Shown: one piece after another, positions 44,217 through 51,924 of the stretch | How the letters are laid out: every line of letters starts with the position of its first letter | Position numbering within the stretch: position 1 is the first letter of the stretch | From: Myxococcota bacterium | GTDB taxonomy: Bacteria > Myxococcota > XYA12-FULL-58-9 > JALHOP01 | NCBI GenBank assembly: GCA_041288095.1 | Contig: JBGGMJ010000210.1 | Coordinates: forward strand, 1 to 51,924 | DNA: 51,924 nt | Direction of reading: 5' to 3' | Notes under the pieces: model-generated | The model's input: the letters and a program-made list of their open reading frames with translations, nothing else | What the model was told of the DNA's origin: nothing | Database searches by the model: none | Made by a program: the position numbers and the translations under genes

Positions 44217-45365
44217 CTACTTCTTGCTCGCGGCGGCCCGGAAGCCCGCGAACAGCGCCTTACCCGTGGCGCCGGCGGTGCTGAGTAAGCGACCGACGTT
44301 TTCGCGCAGTTGAACGACTTCGGGGGCGTCGATCAGCTTCGGCTCGTCTGCGAACAGTGCGTTGATCTGGCCCATCTTCTCGGGCTCGGTGAGCTTGCCC
44401 TGCACGGCCTTGCGCGCCTGTGAGCGTTGATCGTCGAACAACACGAGGAAGGCGCAGATCTCGTCGGCGCTCATGCCGTTGTACTTGCTGACAATCGCCT
44501 CGAACGCGGCGAGACGCGCACTCTCATCGTCCTTCGCGAAGCGGGCGACGACCTCGGTTGCGATGACACGCGATTCGATGTGCTTGGCCAGCACCTTGAG
44601 CGCCTCGACCCGGAACGGGTAGTTGGCTTTGCCCTGCGTGTTGTTGAAGCCGTCGAGGACCTCGAGGGTCGTCGCGGCATCGATCTTCATGTCGAGGATA
44701 GCGTCTGAGATCGAGCCCAGCGCCTTGAGGCGCTCCTCGCAGCTGTTCGAGAAGAAATCGAGGAGCTTGAAGACGCGCGGATCGGGGTTGTCTTTCATCC
44801 GCCGCAGCGACTGGGCGAAGCCCTTGCCCTTGAGCCACCCGGCAACGCCGCCGTGCACGTTCTCGGTGAAGCCAATCGCCGCCGCGATATCGTCAGGCGA
44901 AGCGCGTTTCCTCCAGATGCGAAAACCAACTCCGACTGGCCGCGGCGTGAGGCCTTCGGCCACCGTCGCGAGCTGACGTGCTTGGTCGGCGACGATGAGC
45001 GAGGTGCCCTTCACCTTTTCGCTGACGCGCGCGAGTGCTTCATCGGTTTGCGGCGACACCGCGACCGGGGTGCCAGCGCTCTGCTTGAACGCCGCCAGCG
45101 CACCCGCCAGCGCGGCCTGCAAATTGGGTGCGGCACCCGCCGTCGTGGCGGCGCTGCCTTCGATCGACTTGGCTTTCCCTTCGCCCTTCGGCGCGCGCTT
45201 ACCAGTGTCGACGTCGTCGAGGACCTTGCGCGCCCTCTTCACCACGCGTCGTGTCTTACCGGCGACGCGTGCGGCGGCGATGGTAGCGGTCGCCGCGCCC
45301 TCGTCACCGGCGATCTGCTTTGCGATGTTGATGCCGAGCTCGACGCCCGCCGCTTTCATGCTCAT
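44217..45365 (-). CDS. Hypothetical alpha-helical protein
   Basis: 382 aa; ATGA overlap with the upstream gene. Confidence 0.78.
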   Translation of the reverse strand: MSMKAAGVELGINIAKQIAGDEGAATATIAAARVAGKTRRVVKRARKVLDDVDTGKRAPKGEGKAKSIEGSAATTAGAAPNLQAALAGALAAFKQSAGTPVAVSPQTDEALARVSEKVKGTSLIVADQARQLATVAEGLTPRPVGVGFRIWRKRASPDDIAAAIGFTENVHGGVAGWLKGKGFAQSLRRMKDNPDPRVFKLLDFFSNSCEERLKALGSISDAILDMKIDAATTLEVLDGFNNTQGKANYPFRVEALKVLAKHIESRVIATEVVARFAKDDESARLAAFEAIVSKYNGMSADEICAFLVLFDDQRSQARKAVQGKLTEPEKMGQINALFADEPKLIDAPEVVQLRENVGRLLSTAGATGKALFAGFRAAASKK

Positions 45366-45955
45366 GACACGTCGCTCCGATTGCGGCGAATGGCGGCCGT
45401 CCAGCCGCGTTGCGCTAACGAGCGGCCGAGGTCGAATAGATCGCTCGCACGCGCGCGCACTTGCTCTCTGACGGCGTCGACGGTGCCGTCATCGACTTTG
45501 CGCTGCCAAGCAGCGTGCGCTGCCTTGATGCCCTGATCAGCCATCTGCAGACCGCGGTCCGCGACCGAGGCCGCGACGATGATCACGCTGGCGAGCCCGG
45601 GGCCCTGCTTCGCGAGCTCGACCGGTGCCTTGGCGGCCTTCGTGCAAATCATGAGGCGGTGGAAGGCTGCATTGGTTTCGATGATCTCAGCCGGGGTGGC
45701 GCCGTTGTTCTTGACGAAGTCTTCGTAGAGCAGCTTCGCAAGCTTGCGCTGCTTTACTTTTGCCGCTGCGGGGTCCTTGCCGAGCACATCGCGCACGAAC
45801 GACAGGTCGAGCTCGGGTTTTTCTCGGTGCGGCCGCGCGTTGATGGCGCGCGCTGCCTCGAGCGCCTTCAAGAGATCCGGGTTGCGGGCGGGCTGCGCCT
45901 CGCCGGGGATGACAGCGAGCGCGCCTGCCGATTGCGCTGCGGGTTCGACACTCAT
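45362..45955 (-). CDS. Hypothetical protein
   Basis: 197 aa; ATGA overlaps at both ends. Confidence 0.75.
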   Translation of the reverse strand: MSVEPAAQSAGALAVIPGEAQPARNPDLLKALEAARAINARPHREKPELDLSFVRDVLGKDPAAAKVKQRKLAKLLYEDFVKNNGATPAEIIETNAAFHRLMICTKAAKAPVELAKQGPGLASVIIVAASVADRGLQMADQGIKAAHAAWQRKVDDGTVDAVREQVRARASDLFDLGRSLAQRGWTAAIRRNRSDVS

Positions 45956-48900
45956 GCGCTGTCTCGCTTTCGTTTGCTGGGTGCTGCGGTCTTGGCTGGC
46001 GCCGGCTTGGCGGCGGGCAGGTGTGCGGCGAGCTTCGGAGCGCGGGCCTCCCAGGCGAGCCCACCCTTGCCGGCGATCACGTAGTCGACGGCGTTGATGA
46101 GCGCTTCACTACTCACCGCGGAACGATCCCACTCGGCGTACTCGGGCTGGCGGCGCACGCTGAGGTGCTCGTCACGCACTGCTTGCGCGAGCGTCTCGAG
46201 GTCGAGACCGTTGTTCCAGTTGGGCTGCTCGATGAGGTGCTGCATGACCTCGATGAGCTGGGCCTTGGCCTCGTCGTGGAGCTGGAGGTCGAACGCCTCG
46301 ATCTTTTTCGCGAGCACCTTGCCGGCGGCGTCGGCGTCCATCACATGGGTCTCGAAGCGACGGTTGAAGAGCGAAGCCAGCACACCCGTCTGATCGAGCT
46401 TGAGGAAGTCGGCGATCTCTTTGTCGGTGCCGACGAGCGACACGGCGATGTTTTTCCCGTGCTCGCGCAAGCCGGACTTCAGCGTCGAGATGACGTCGGT
46501 CGTGTACTGGTCCTTGTTGTCGACCAAGCCCTTGAGGTTGTGCAGCACCAAGTGTCCGCCCGCGGAAGCGACACGACGGAGCTCCTTGTTGGTCAAGGTG
46601 ATCGCGGCGCCGACGACATCGCCCTTGAGTGTCGTGACATCGGTGACGAAGGGCTCGTCGCTACCCACCAAGCTGAAGGCCTTGTAGATGTGCGTGAGCT
46701 CGTTGGCGAAGGTCTTTCGGCCGGTGCCGGAGTCGCCGATGATGCGGGCGAACGGCTTGTAGCCTTCGCGAACCGGCTTCTTCTTGATGCGCTGGTCGTC
46801 GACCGTCGCGCCGATCTTGGAAAGCGCCGCCTGCAGATGCCCGAAGCCGACGAACGACTCGAGGCGCCGCACCACATTGTCGATCGTGTCCGGCTGGTCG
46901 CCGAAGTCCGAGGCGATGAGGTCGTTCATGGTGTCGGGCGTGCGCACGCGGTTCGCGAGTCGCGTGATCGCCTCGGCGACCAGGTCGCGAATCGCGCCGC
47001 CATTGCCGAAGCCGGCGCGAGTCTTGAGCACGTCGACGATGCGCATCGCCGCGTCGATGACTTCGTCGGTCGCGTTGTAACCGCGGTTCTTGATGCGCGA
47101 GACGAGCATGGCGCGCAGGTCCGGGAGCTCCGGCACGTCGAGCGTGATGCGATTCACGAGCGGGAAGCGCCGGTCGGTGCCCTGATCGATGTCGGGGTCG
47201 AGCACGTCTTTCATCTCTTCCGGATAACCGAGGCCGATGACCGTGGTCGTGCCAGACTCGTTGAGCAGGTGGGGCACGAGGACGCTGATGGCGTAGCGGC
47301 CCATCTCCGTCTTCGCCAGCGTGTGCATCTCGTCGATGGCGCCGACGCCGAACTTGGCGCGCTTCAAGAAGTCGAGGACCAGCTCTTTGGTCTCCGCCTC
47401 GGTCGAGCCGATGAGCTCGCTCGAGGTGATGTACGTGAGCTTACCGTTGCGCTCTCCGATCTCGTAGAGCAGGTCGTTGATGAACTCGACGGCGGTCGTC
47501 TTGCCCGTGCCCTTCTCGCCGAGGAGCAGGATGTTGTTGTTGTCTTCCTCGACGGCGACGCCAGCCGTGAGCTTGCGCTGGTTCTCGACCACGCGCTTGG
47601 CGTAGCTCTCGGCCCACGCGATGAAGTTCTTCTGGCTAGAGCGCTCCCTCTTCAGGCGCTCGAGCGCAGGCAGGCTGCCATCGGCCTCGTAGAAGGTCGC
47701 CGGCGCGACGTCGGCGCCCGTGAGGGTTCTCTCCACTTCGTCGGAGTGCGGCGTCTCGGGGACCTTGCCGTCGGGATAGAGTCGCGTCGACATACGACCG
47801 CACGACTCCTCGAGGATCGCGTCGACTTCGTCGCCACCGGCGTTGGTGATGCTACGCAGCCGGCCTTTGGCCGCCTTCTCGGCGTCGACGTCGACGAGGA
47901 GCTTGTACTTGTCCGCCGCCATCTTGACGAACATCGCCATGAGCGTGTCGGCCGTGAGGCCGGTGAAGGGGATTTGGGTGCGAAGAGTGTCGCGGGTGCG
48001 GTAGTCGGCGTCGAGCGTGCCGCGCAGGCTCTTGGCACCGGACATCACCAGCACCGGCTCGCCTACGCAGGCCGCCAGCGCTTCGATGAGGTTGAGCTCG
48101 CCGTGGTGCACGTCGCGATCGAGGATCTCGGCGTTCTCCATGAGGATCACGCCCTGTTTGCAATGGCGAACGACGGCGTGCAGGTCGGCGCCGCTCTCGA
48201 TGACGCGGCGCAGGTCGATGACGTTGACGCGCGGAGCAGTCGCGATCTTGGCATCGAAGAGCATGCGCGCGTAGATCATCGCGGCGAGCTTGCGGCCGAC
48301 CCCGTTGGGCCCGACTAGCGCCGCGGCGAGCACCGGACGCATCGCCGGGTTGCGCTGAGCGTGCGTGATCTTGCTCGCCATACCCGAGAGCCACTTGGTC
48401 GCGGCTTTCTGGTCCTTGAGCTTGTCGATCGTGCAGTCCACGGGGACGTCGATGACGTGCAGGACTTCGCGCTTGGCGTTGAGCGAGGTCGCGGCGTTGG
48501 GCGGTGAAGCGAACGGGTCCGACTCGTCGACGGCGGTGCGCGTCGCCGCCGGCGCGGCGGTAGCTCGTGCAGGCCGGGTGGCGGGCGCGTCATGGTTCGC
48601 GGCCTCGACTGCGTCAGTCCCGTGGTCACCGAGGATCGGTCCAACGCTCTCGATGAGCTGGCGATGCGCGGTCGCCAATGCGGCGCGACGATGGCCCAAT
48701 TCGGAGATGATGTTGCGCGCGGCGTACATAGGAACGTCGCGGCCCAGCTGGTCATCGCCCGTCGTGGGCGCGGGGCGCGGCGCTTGGGGCGCGTCCTCGG
48801 TGGAGAGCGGCTCTCCCGATTGCTGCTTGGCGGTGCGAACAGCCGTGAGCACGCGGTCGTACTCGACGTCGCCAATCGCGAAGCGCTGGCGCTGCCCGCT

Positions 48901-49014
48901 GATGTGAGCAAGCGCTTCGTCCGGCGTGACCGGAACTCCGGTGAGGTCTGCGCCGCGGTAGAAAATCCGACCGTCGGGATGGACCTGAAGCTTTGCATTC
49001 GCCGGAATCGACAT
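45952..49014 (-). CDS. Triple-module AAA+ ATPase, CbbX/SpoVK/EccA-like
   Basis: GPNGVGRK, GEKGTGKT (with IDEMH, RRF, FGNGG), GDSGTGRK. GGGAG RBS favours ATG 49014 over 49047. Confidence 0.85.
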   Translation of the reverse strand: MSIPANAKLQVHPDGRIFYRGADLTGVPVTPDEALAHISGQRQRFAIGDVEYDRVLTAVRTAKQQSGEPLSTEDAPQAPRPAPTTGDDQLGRDVPMYAARNIISELGHRRAALATAHRQLIESVGPILGDHGTDAVEAANHDAPATRPARATAAPAATRTAVDESDPFASPPNAATSLNAKREVLHVIDVPVDCTIDKLKDQKAATKWLSGMASKITHAQRNPAMRPVLAAALVGPNGVGRKLAAMIYARMLFDAKIATAPRVNVIDLRRVIESGADLHAVVRHCKQGVILMENAEILDRDVHHGELNLIEALAACVGEPVLVMSGAKSLRGTLDADYRTRDTLRTQIPFTGLTADTLMAMFVKMAADKYKLLVDVDAEKAAKGRLRSITNAGGDEVDAILEESCGRMSTRLYPDGKVPETPHSDEVERTLTGADVAPATFYEADGSLPALERLKRERSSQKNFIAWAESYAKRVVENQRKLTAGVAVEEDNNNILLLGEKGTGKTTAVEFINDLLYEIGERNGKLTYITSSELIGSTEAETKELVLDFLKRAKFGVGAIDEMHTLAKTEMGRYAISVLVPHLLNESGTTTVIGLGYPEEMKDVLDPDIDQGTDRRFPLVNRITLDVPELPDLRAMLVSRIKNRGYNATDEVIDAAMRIVDVLKTRAGFGNGGAIRDLVAEAITRLANRVRTPDTMNDLIASDFGDQPDTIDNVVRRLESFVGFGHLQAALSKIGATVDDQRIKKKPVREGYKPFARIIGDSGTGRKTFANELTHIYKAFSLVGSDEPFVTDVTTLKGDVVGAAITLTNKELRRVASAGGHLVLHNLKGLVDNKDQYTTDVISTLKSGLREHGKNIAVSLVGTDKEIADFLKLDQTGVLASLFNRRFETHVMDADAAGKVLAKKIEAFDLQLHDEAKAQLIEVMQHLIEQPNWNNGLDLETLAQAVRDEHLSVRRQPEYAEWDRSAVSSEALINAVDYVIAGKGGLAWEARAPKLAAHLPAAKPAPAKTAAPSKRKRDSA

Positions 49015-49077
49015 GACGGATGCTCCCGGAGGGCGCGGCCGAGCCATCGCTGGCCCGGCCGCTCAGGTTGCGGAGAA

Positions 49078-50487
49078 TTAGCGGGTCAGGCTCGCGCGTC
49101 CGGCCTGCTTGGCCTGCAGACCCTGCACGAACTTCGTCATGTCGCTGGTACGCGCACGCATCGGGTTCTGGGTCACCGGGCCGGTTAGCTTCGCCGTGGT
49201 CGGCGTGAAGATGGCGCGCTTGCCGGCCGCGCGGTCGGCGAGGAGCTGCTCCATGAAAGCCATCGTGTCTTCCTCGGACTTGAGGTTGGCCGCGTACATG
49301 GCGCCGGCCATCTGCATGGTGGCGTCGTGGGTGCGCTGCTGCCATTCGTTCATGTTGTCGCCGAACGCGGCGACGCGACCCGAGAGGTGCTCGATGGCGC
49401 GCGTCAGGTTCTGCGTCGTGGTGTCGAACACGAGCATGCTCCAGTCGGCGGCGTTGATCATCGCGGCGACCGCGGCGACGACGCCGGTGGTCACGCCTTG
49501 GAGCTCGCGCAGCTTGACGCCGTTCGAAAGGACGCGTGCGGCGTTGCCTTCCGCGTTGTCGAGCAAAGCCTGGAGCTGTACGCCCATGACCTCGAAGTCA
49601 CGCAGGTTGCCACACCAGTCGTTCAAGAACGCCGCGTACTTGGTGATCTCGCGCGAGCGGTCTTTCAAGGTGGTCAGGGTGGCCTCGTTCGCGCCGTAGT
49701 CAGCGTGCATCGGGTCGAGGGTCTTCTGCTCCTCTTCGATCGCCTTGATCTCTTCCTGCACCTCGTGGAGCACGTCGACGGCGCCGTTGAAGCGCGTGAC
49801 CGATTCCTCGAGCTGCTGCGAGAACTCGACGCGGGAAGCCGCGAGATTTTGGCCGACGCCCTCGAAGGCCTTGATGCGGTCCTCGAGAGTGGTGATCGCC
49901 GCCTCGACGATGTCGAGCTGCTTGAGCAAGAGCTTGTCGAGCTCGAGGTCGTCAATCTTGGCGGGCGCGGGCTTGCGCTTCACCCAGTTCATGAACTTGC
50001 CGACGACGCCTTCCTTGACCTCTTCCTTTTGGTTGGTCTTGTGGACGTTCGCGCCCTTCAGCATGTCGGCCGGCATGAGGTCGACGAGCTCTTGCAAGTT
50101 GTCGGCGACGGCCTGGCGCACTTCGTCACCGCTCGCGATAGCGGCCTGCATGGTCGTGAACGAGGTCTTGATGTCCTCTTTGCGCTTGTCGAAGGAGGCC
50201 TGGCGCGACTCGTTGTAGGCAGCCAGCGTCTGGCCGTCGACGATGCCGCCCTTCAGGGTCTCCTTGAAGGCATCGATCGAGGCGATGGCCTTGCCTGCGG
50301 CGCGAATGGTCGCGCCCGCACCGGCGACTTGCGTGCCCGCGGGCACTTTGCCTTCAGCCGACGGCGCTCGGCGCTCGGCGGCAATGTCCTCTAGGCCACG
50401 GCGCTTGCGCTTCGTCGCCGCGGGCTTGTCGGTCGCTGCCGCTGCGGCGGCTGGGGTCTGCGGGGCACCATCTACTTTGCTAACCAT
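49078..50487 (-). CDS. Long coiled-coil protein, possibly a distant TelA (toxic anion resistance)-like protein
   Basis: AGGA RBS; LQELV...KEGVVGKFMNW, long heptads, hydrophobic TTGVVAAVAAMI, FDTTTQNL; family call by eye only. Confidence 0.55.
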   Translation of the reverse strand: MVSKVDGAPQTPAAAAAATDKPAATKRKRRGLEDIAAERRAPSAEGKVPAGTQVAGAGATIRAAGKAIASIDAFKETLKGGIVDGQTLAAYNESRQASFDKRKEDIKTSFTTMQAAIASGDEVRQAVADNLQELVDLMPADMLKGANVHKTNQKEEVKEGVVGKFMNWVKRKPAPAKIDDLELDKLLLKQLDIVEAAITTLEDRIKAFEGVGQNLAASRVEFSQQLEESVTRFNGAVDVLHEVQEEIKAIEEEQKTLDPMHADYGANEATLTTLKDRSREITKYAAFLNDWCGNLRDFEVMGVQLQALLDNAEGNAARVLSNGVKLRELQGVTTGVVAAVAAMINAADWSMLVFDTTTQNLTRAIEHLSGRVAAFGDNMNEWQQRTHDATMQMAGAMYAANLKSEEDTMAFMEQLLADRAAGKRAIFTPTTAKLTGPVTQNPMRARTSDMTKFVQGLQAKQAGRASLTR

Positions 50488-50508
50488 GATGTTTTTTCCT
50501 TTTGCTCG

Positions 50509-51660
50509 TCAAAAAAAAGTGGATCGAACTTTCAACGTCGTGTCGTACTTCTCTGCATAGAACTCGAGTGCGCTGCGCAGCTCCGGCGTACACACCCAGA
50601 GCTTGTCCACTTCCGCGGACCAACCCTGTGCGATCAAACGCTCGAGTGGAGCGTCGTCGGGATCGACCCATGCGGGGTTCGTCACCTCACGCGGCTCGCG
50701 CCAGAGCTCGAAGGCGGTGAAGCAAGCAATCAGGTTGTCCGGTAGCGCGTCGAACACGTCGGCGATGGGGTCCGGCATCACCGCGCCGCTAAAATAGACC
50801 GGCCCGACGATACCTTGCGTGACGCCGGTGAGCGCCTGGCCGCAGTGCCTCGAAACGATGAGAGCGAGGTGTGATGCGCCTTGCTTGGCGAGCGAGCCGA
50901 CCATCGCGTTCAGCTCGCGGTTCATTGCCCAAGCGCCGCTCGCGTCTTGGGTCATGGGCGCCACGTCGACGCTGGTCGCCTTGCTCGGATCGATGTGCAA
51001 GGTGGTGCGCACGACGAAGCCGGGATCGCGCCAGGCATCCAGGTGGACGCGAAAGCGGCGCGTCTGACCGTCGACCTCGACCACTTCGATGCGCGCGTCG
51101 CTGGTCAACGGCGAATCGGGGATGTCCTTCAAGAGGTCGCGCACGTGTGCGCTCATGGGCGTCGAGAGGTGTAGCTTCGTGTAGCGTGGGTCGTCGGCGC
51201 GGAAATGGCGCGCGAGGTCGCGCTGCGCGTGGACTTGGGCCCAGCTGACGTACGTCGGCATGCCGGTCTCGCCGTGGAGCTGGACCCGCTGCTCGCGCGG
51301 CATCATGCCCAGCGCCGAGAGGCCGGTGAATGCTCTCTCGAGGTACTTCGGGCTGACGAAACGATCGTCGAGCTGCGCCGTCTTCACCGCGCGGCTCATG
51401 CTGGCACCGTAGTCTTGCACCTCTTTGTGCGTCAGCTTTAGCGGAGGCACGCTATCGTAGACTTCCGCGGTGCCGACCGCGACCAAGCGTCCAGCGCCAG
51501 GATGGACCTCGAAGCCGTCTTGGACTTCGTGACCGGAAGGGACAGCCGGCGCCTCGTTGGCGGGAGCGAGGCTCGGCAACGCGTCGAGCGCTTGACCAAG
51601 ATCAGCGAGCCAGTGCGGCTCACCGTTGCTTGCTCCGTTCGCTGAGGACGTGAAGGCCAC
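50509..51660 (-). CDS. Hypothetical protein (first gene of the operon)
   Basis: Start moved to GTG 51660 (GGAG RBS, downstream of the promoter motif). ETGMPTY, RRFRVH, VGPVYF segments. Confidence 0.75.
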   Translation of the reverse strand: MAFTSSANGASNGEPHWLADLGQALDALPSLAPANEAPAVPSGHEVQDGFEVHPGAGRLVAVGTAEVYDSVPPLKLTHKEVQDYGASMSRAVKTAQLDDRFVSPKYLERAFTGLSALGMMPREQRVQLHGETGMPTYVSWAQVHAQRDLARHFRADDPRYTKLHLSTPMSAHVRDLLKDIPDSPLTSDARIEVVEVDGQTRRFRVHLDAWRDPGFVVRTTLHIDPSKATSVDVAPMTQDASGAWAMNRELNAMVGSLAKQGASHLALIVSRHCGQALTGVTQGIVGPVYFSGAVMPDPIADVFDALPDNLIACFTAFELWREPREVTNPAWVDPDDAPLERLIAQGWSAEVDKLWVCTPELRSALEFYAEKYDTTLKVRSTFF

Positions 51661-51696
51661 CGTTAACCGCTCCGCAATCGCTGAGTTCGAGGAAGA

Positions 51697-51723
51697 TATT
51701 CGGCGGCGTTGTTCGCTTGTTGT
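51697..51723 (-). promoter_or_regulatory. Sigma28-like promoter ACAAC-N14-GCCGAATA
   Basis: Same spacing; 36 nt upstream of GTG 51660. Confidence 0.65.
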
Positions 51724-51924
51724 GCGATTCCCACGGAAGGGACCGAGTGAAGCGGTGGCAGCGTAAGCGTTTGATCGCCGAGCAACTCGCGCTGTCGCGT
51801 CCCGATACACCGGCCATCACGAAACTTTGGGTGCGCTCTATCTCGCGCTCGGAAAAGACTTGAGGAGAATCTCGTGGGTGACTTGGGAGTATCGAACCGA
51901 CCGCGTTTCAAATCGCAGACCAAA

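Noticed and set aside
46021..48318. 765-aa plus-strand ORF (also 21269-22960, 26826-28217, 9208-10662)
   Set aside because: Antisense ORFs typical of high-GC3 genes; no motifs.
51661..51924. ORF extension to 51810, 86-aa ORF and a tRNA-like fragment near the window end
   Set aside because: The extension overlaps the promoter motif and reads as non-coding; no cloverleaf could be built.

Overview
GC-rich bacterial chromosomal window, most consistent with Myxococcota (inferred from Myxococcus-type cysteine-rich repeats, a DUF1592/DUF1552 pair and an ECF sigma-FecR module). Recognisable content: rplY (partial)-prs-tRNA-Gln; an ECF/FecR/fibrinogen-like lipoprotein cassette; DUF1592-DUF1552; a large NHL-repeat lipoprotein; an RDD-SpoIIM-DUF4129-DUF4350-MoxR-DUF58 operon; a LON N-domain gene; hpf; an oxidoreductase-GT2-deacetylase trio; KaiC-like ATPase plus hybrid kinase; and ftsE-ftsX-envC-ctpA. 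The main unexplained signal is a sigma28/FliA-like promoter, (G/A)CA(A/C)C-N14-G(C/T)CGA(T/A)NN, seen seven times with a constant 14-nt spacer between 33.8 and 51.7 kb. Six copies precede poorly characterised genes: a protein with a type III needle/rod-like C-terminus, a lipoprotein with a mirror-symmetric cysteine ladder, a PepD-like peptidase with an N-terminal extension, a Tyr/Pro/Gly-rich orphan, a hydrophobic-hairpin orphan, and a seven-gene operon with a TelA-like coiled coil and a triple CbbX/SpoVK-type AAA+ ATPase. The seventh copy points antisense into the ftsEX operon. A separate sigma54-type promoter precedes a Bsp22/EspA-like filament gene and a SycD/LcrH-like chaperone. Together these suggest a dispersed, sigma54/sigma28-regulated type III-like filament/effector system whose export apparatus is not in this window. 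All family assignments are by eye from motifs; no database search was run.
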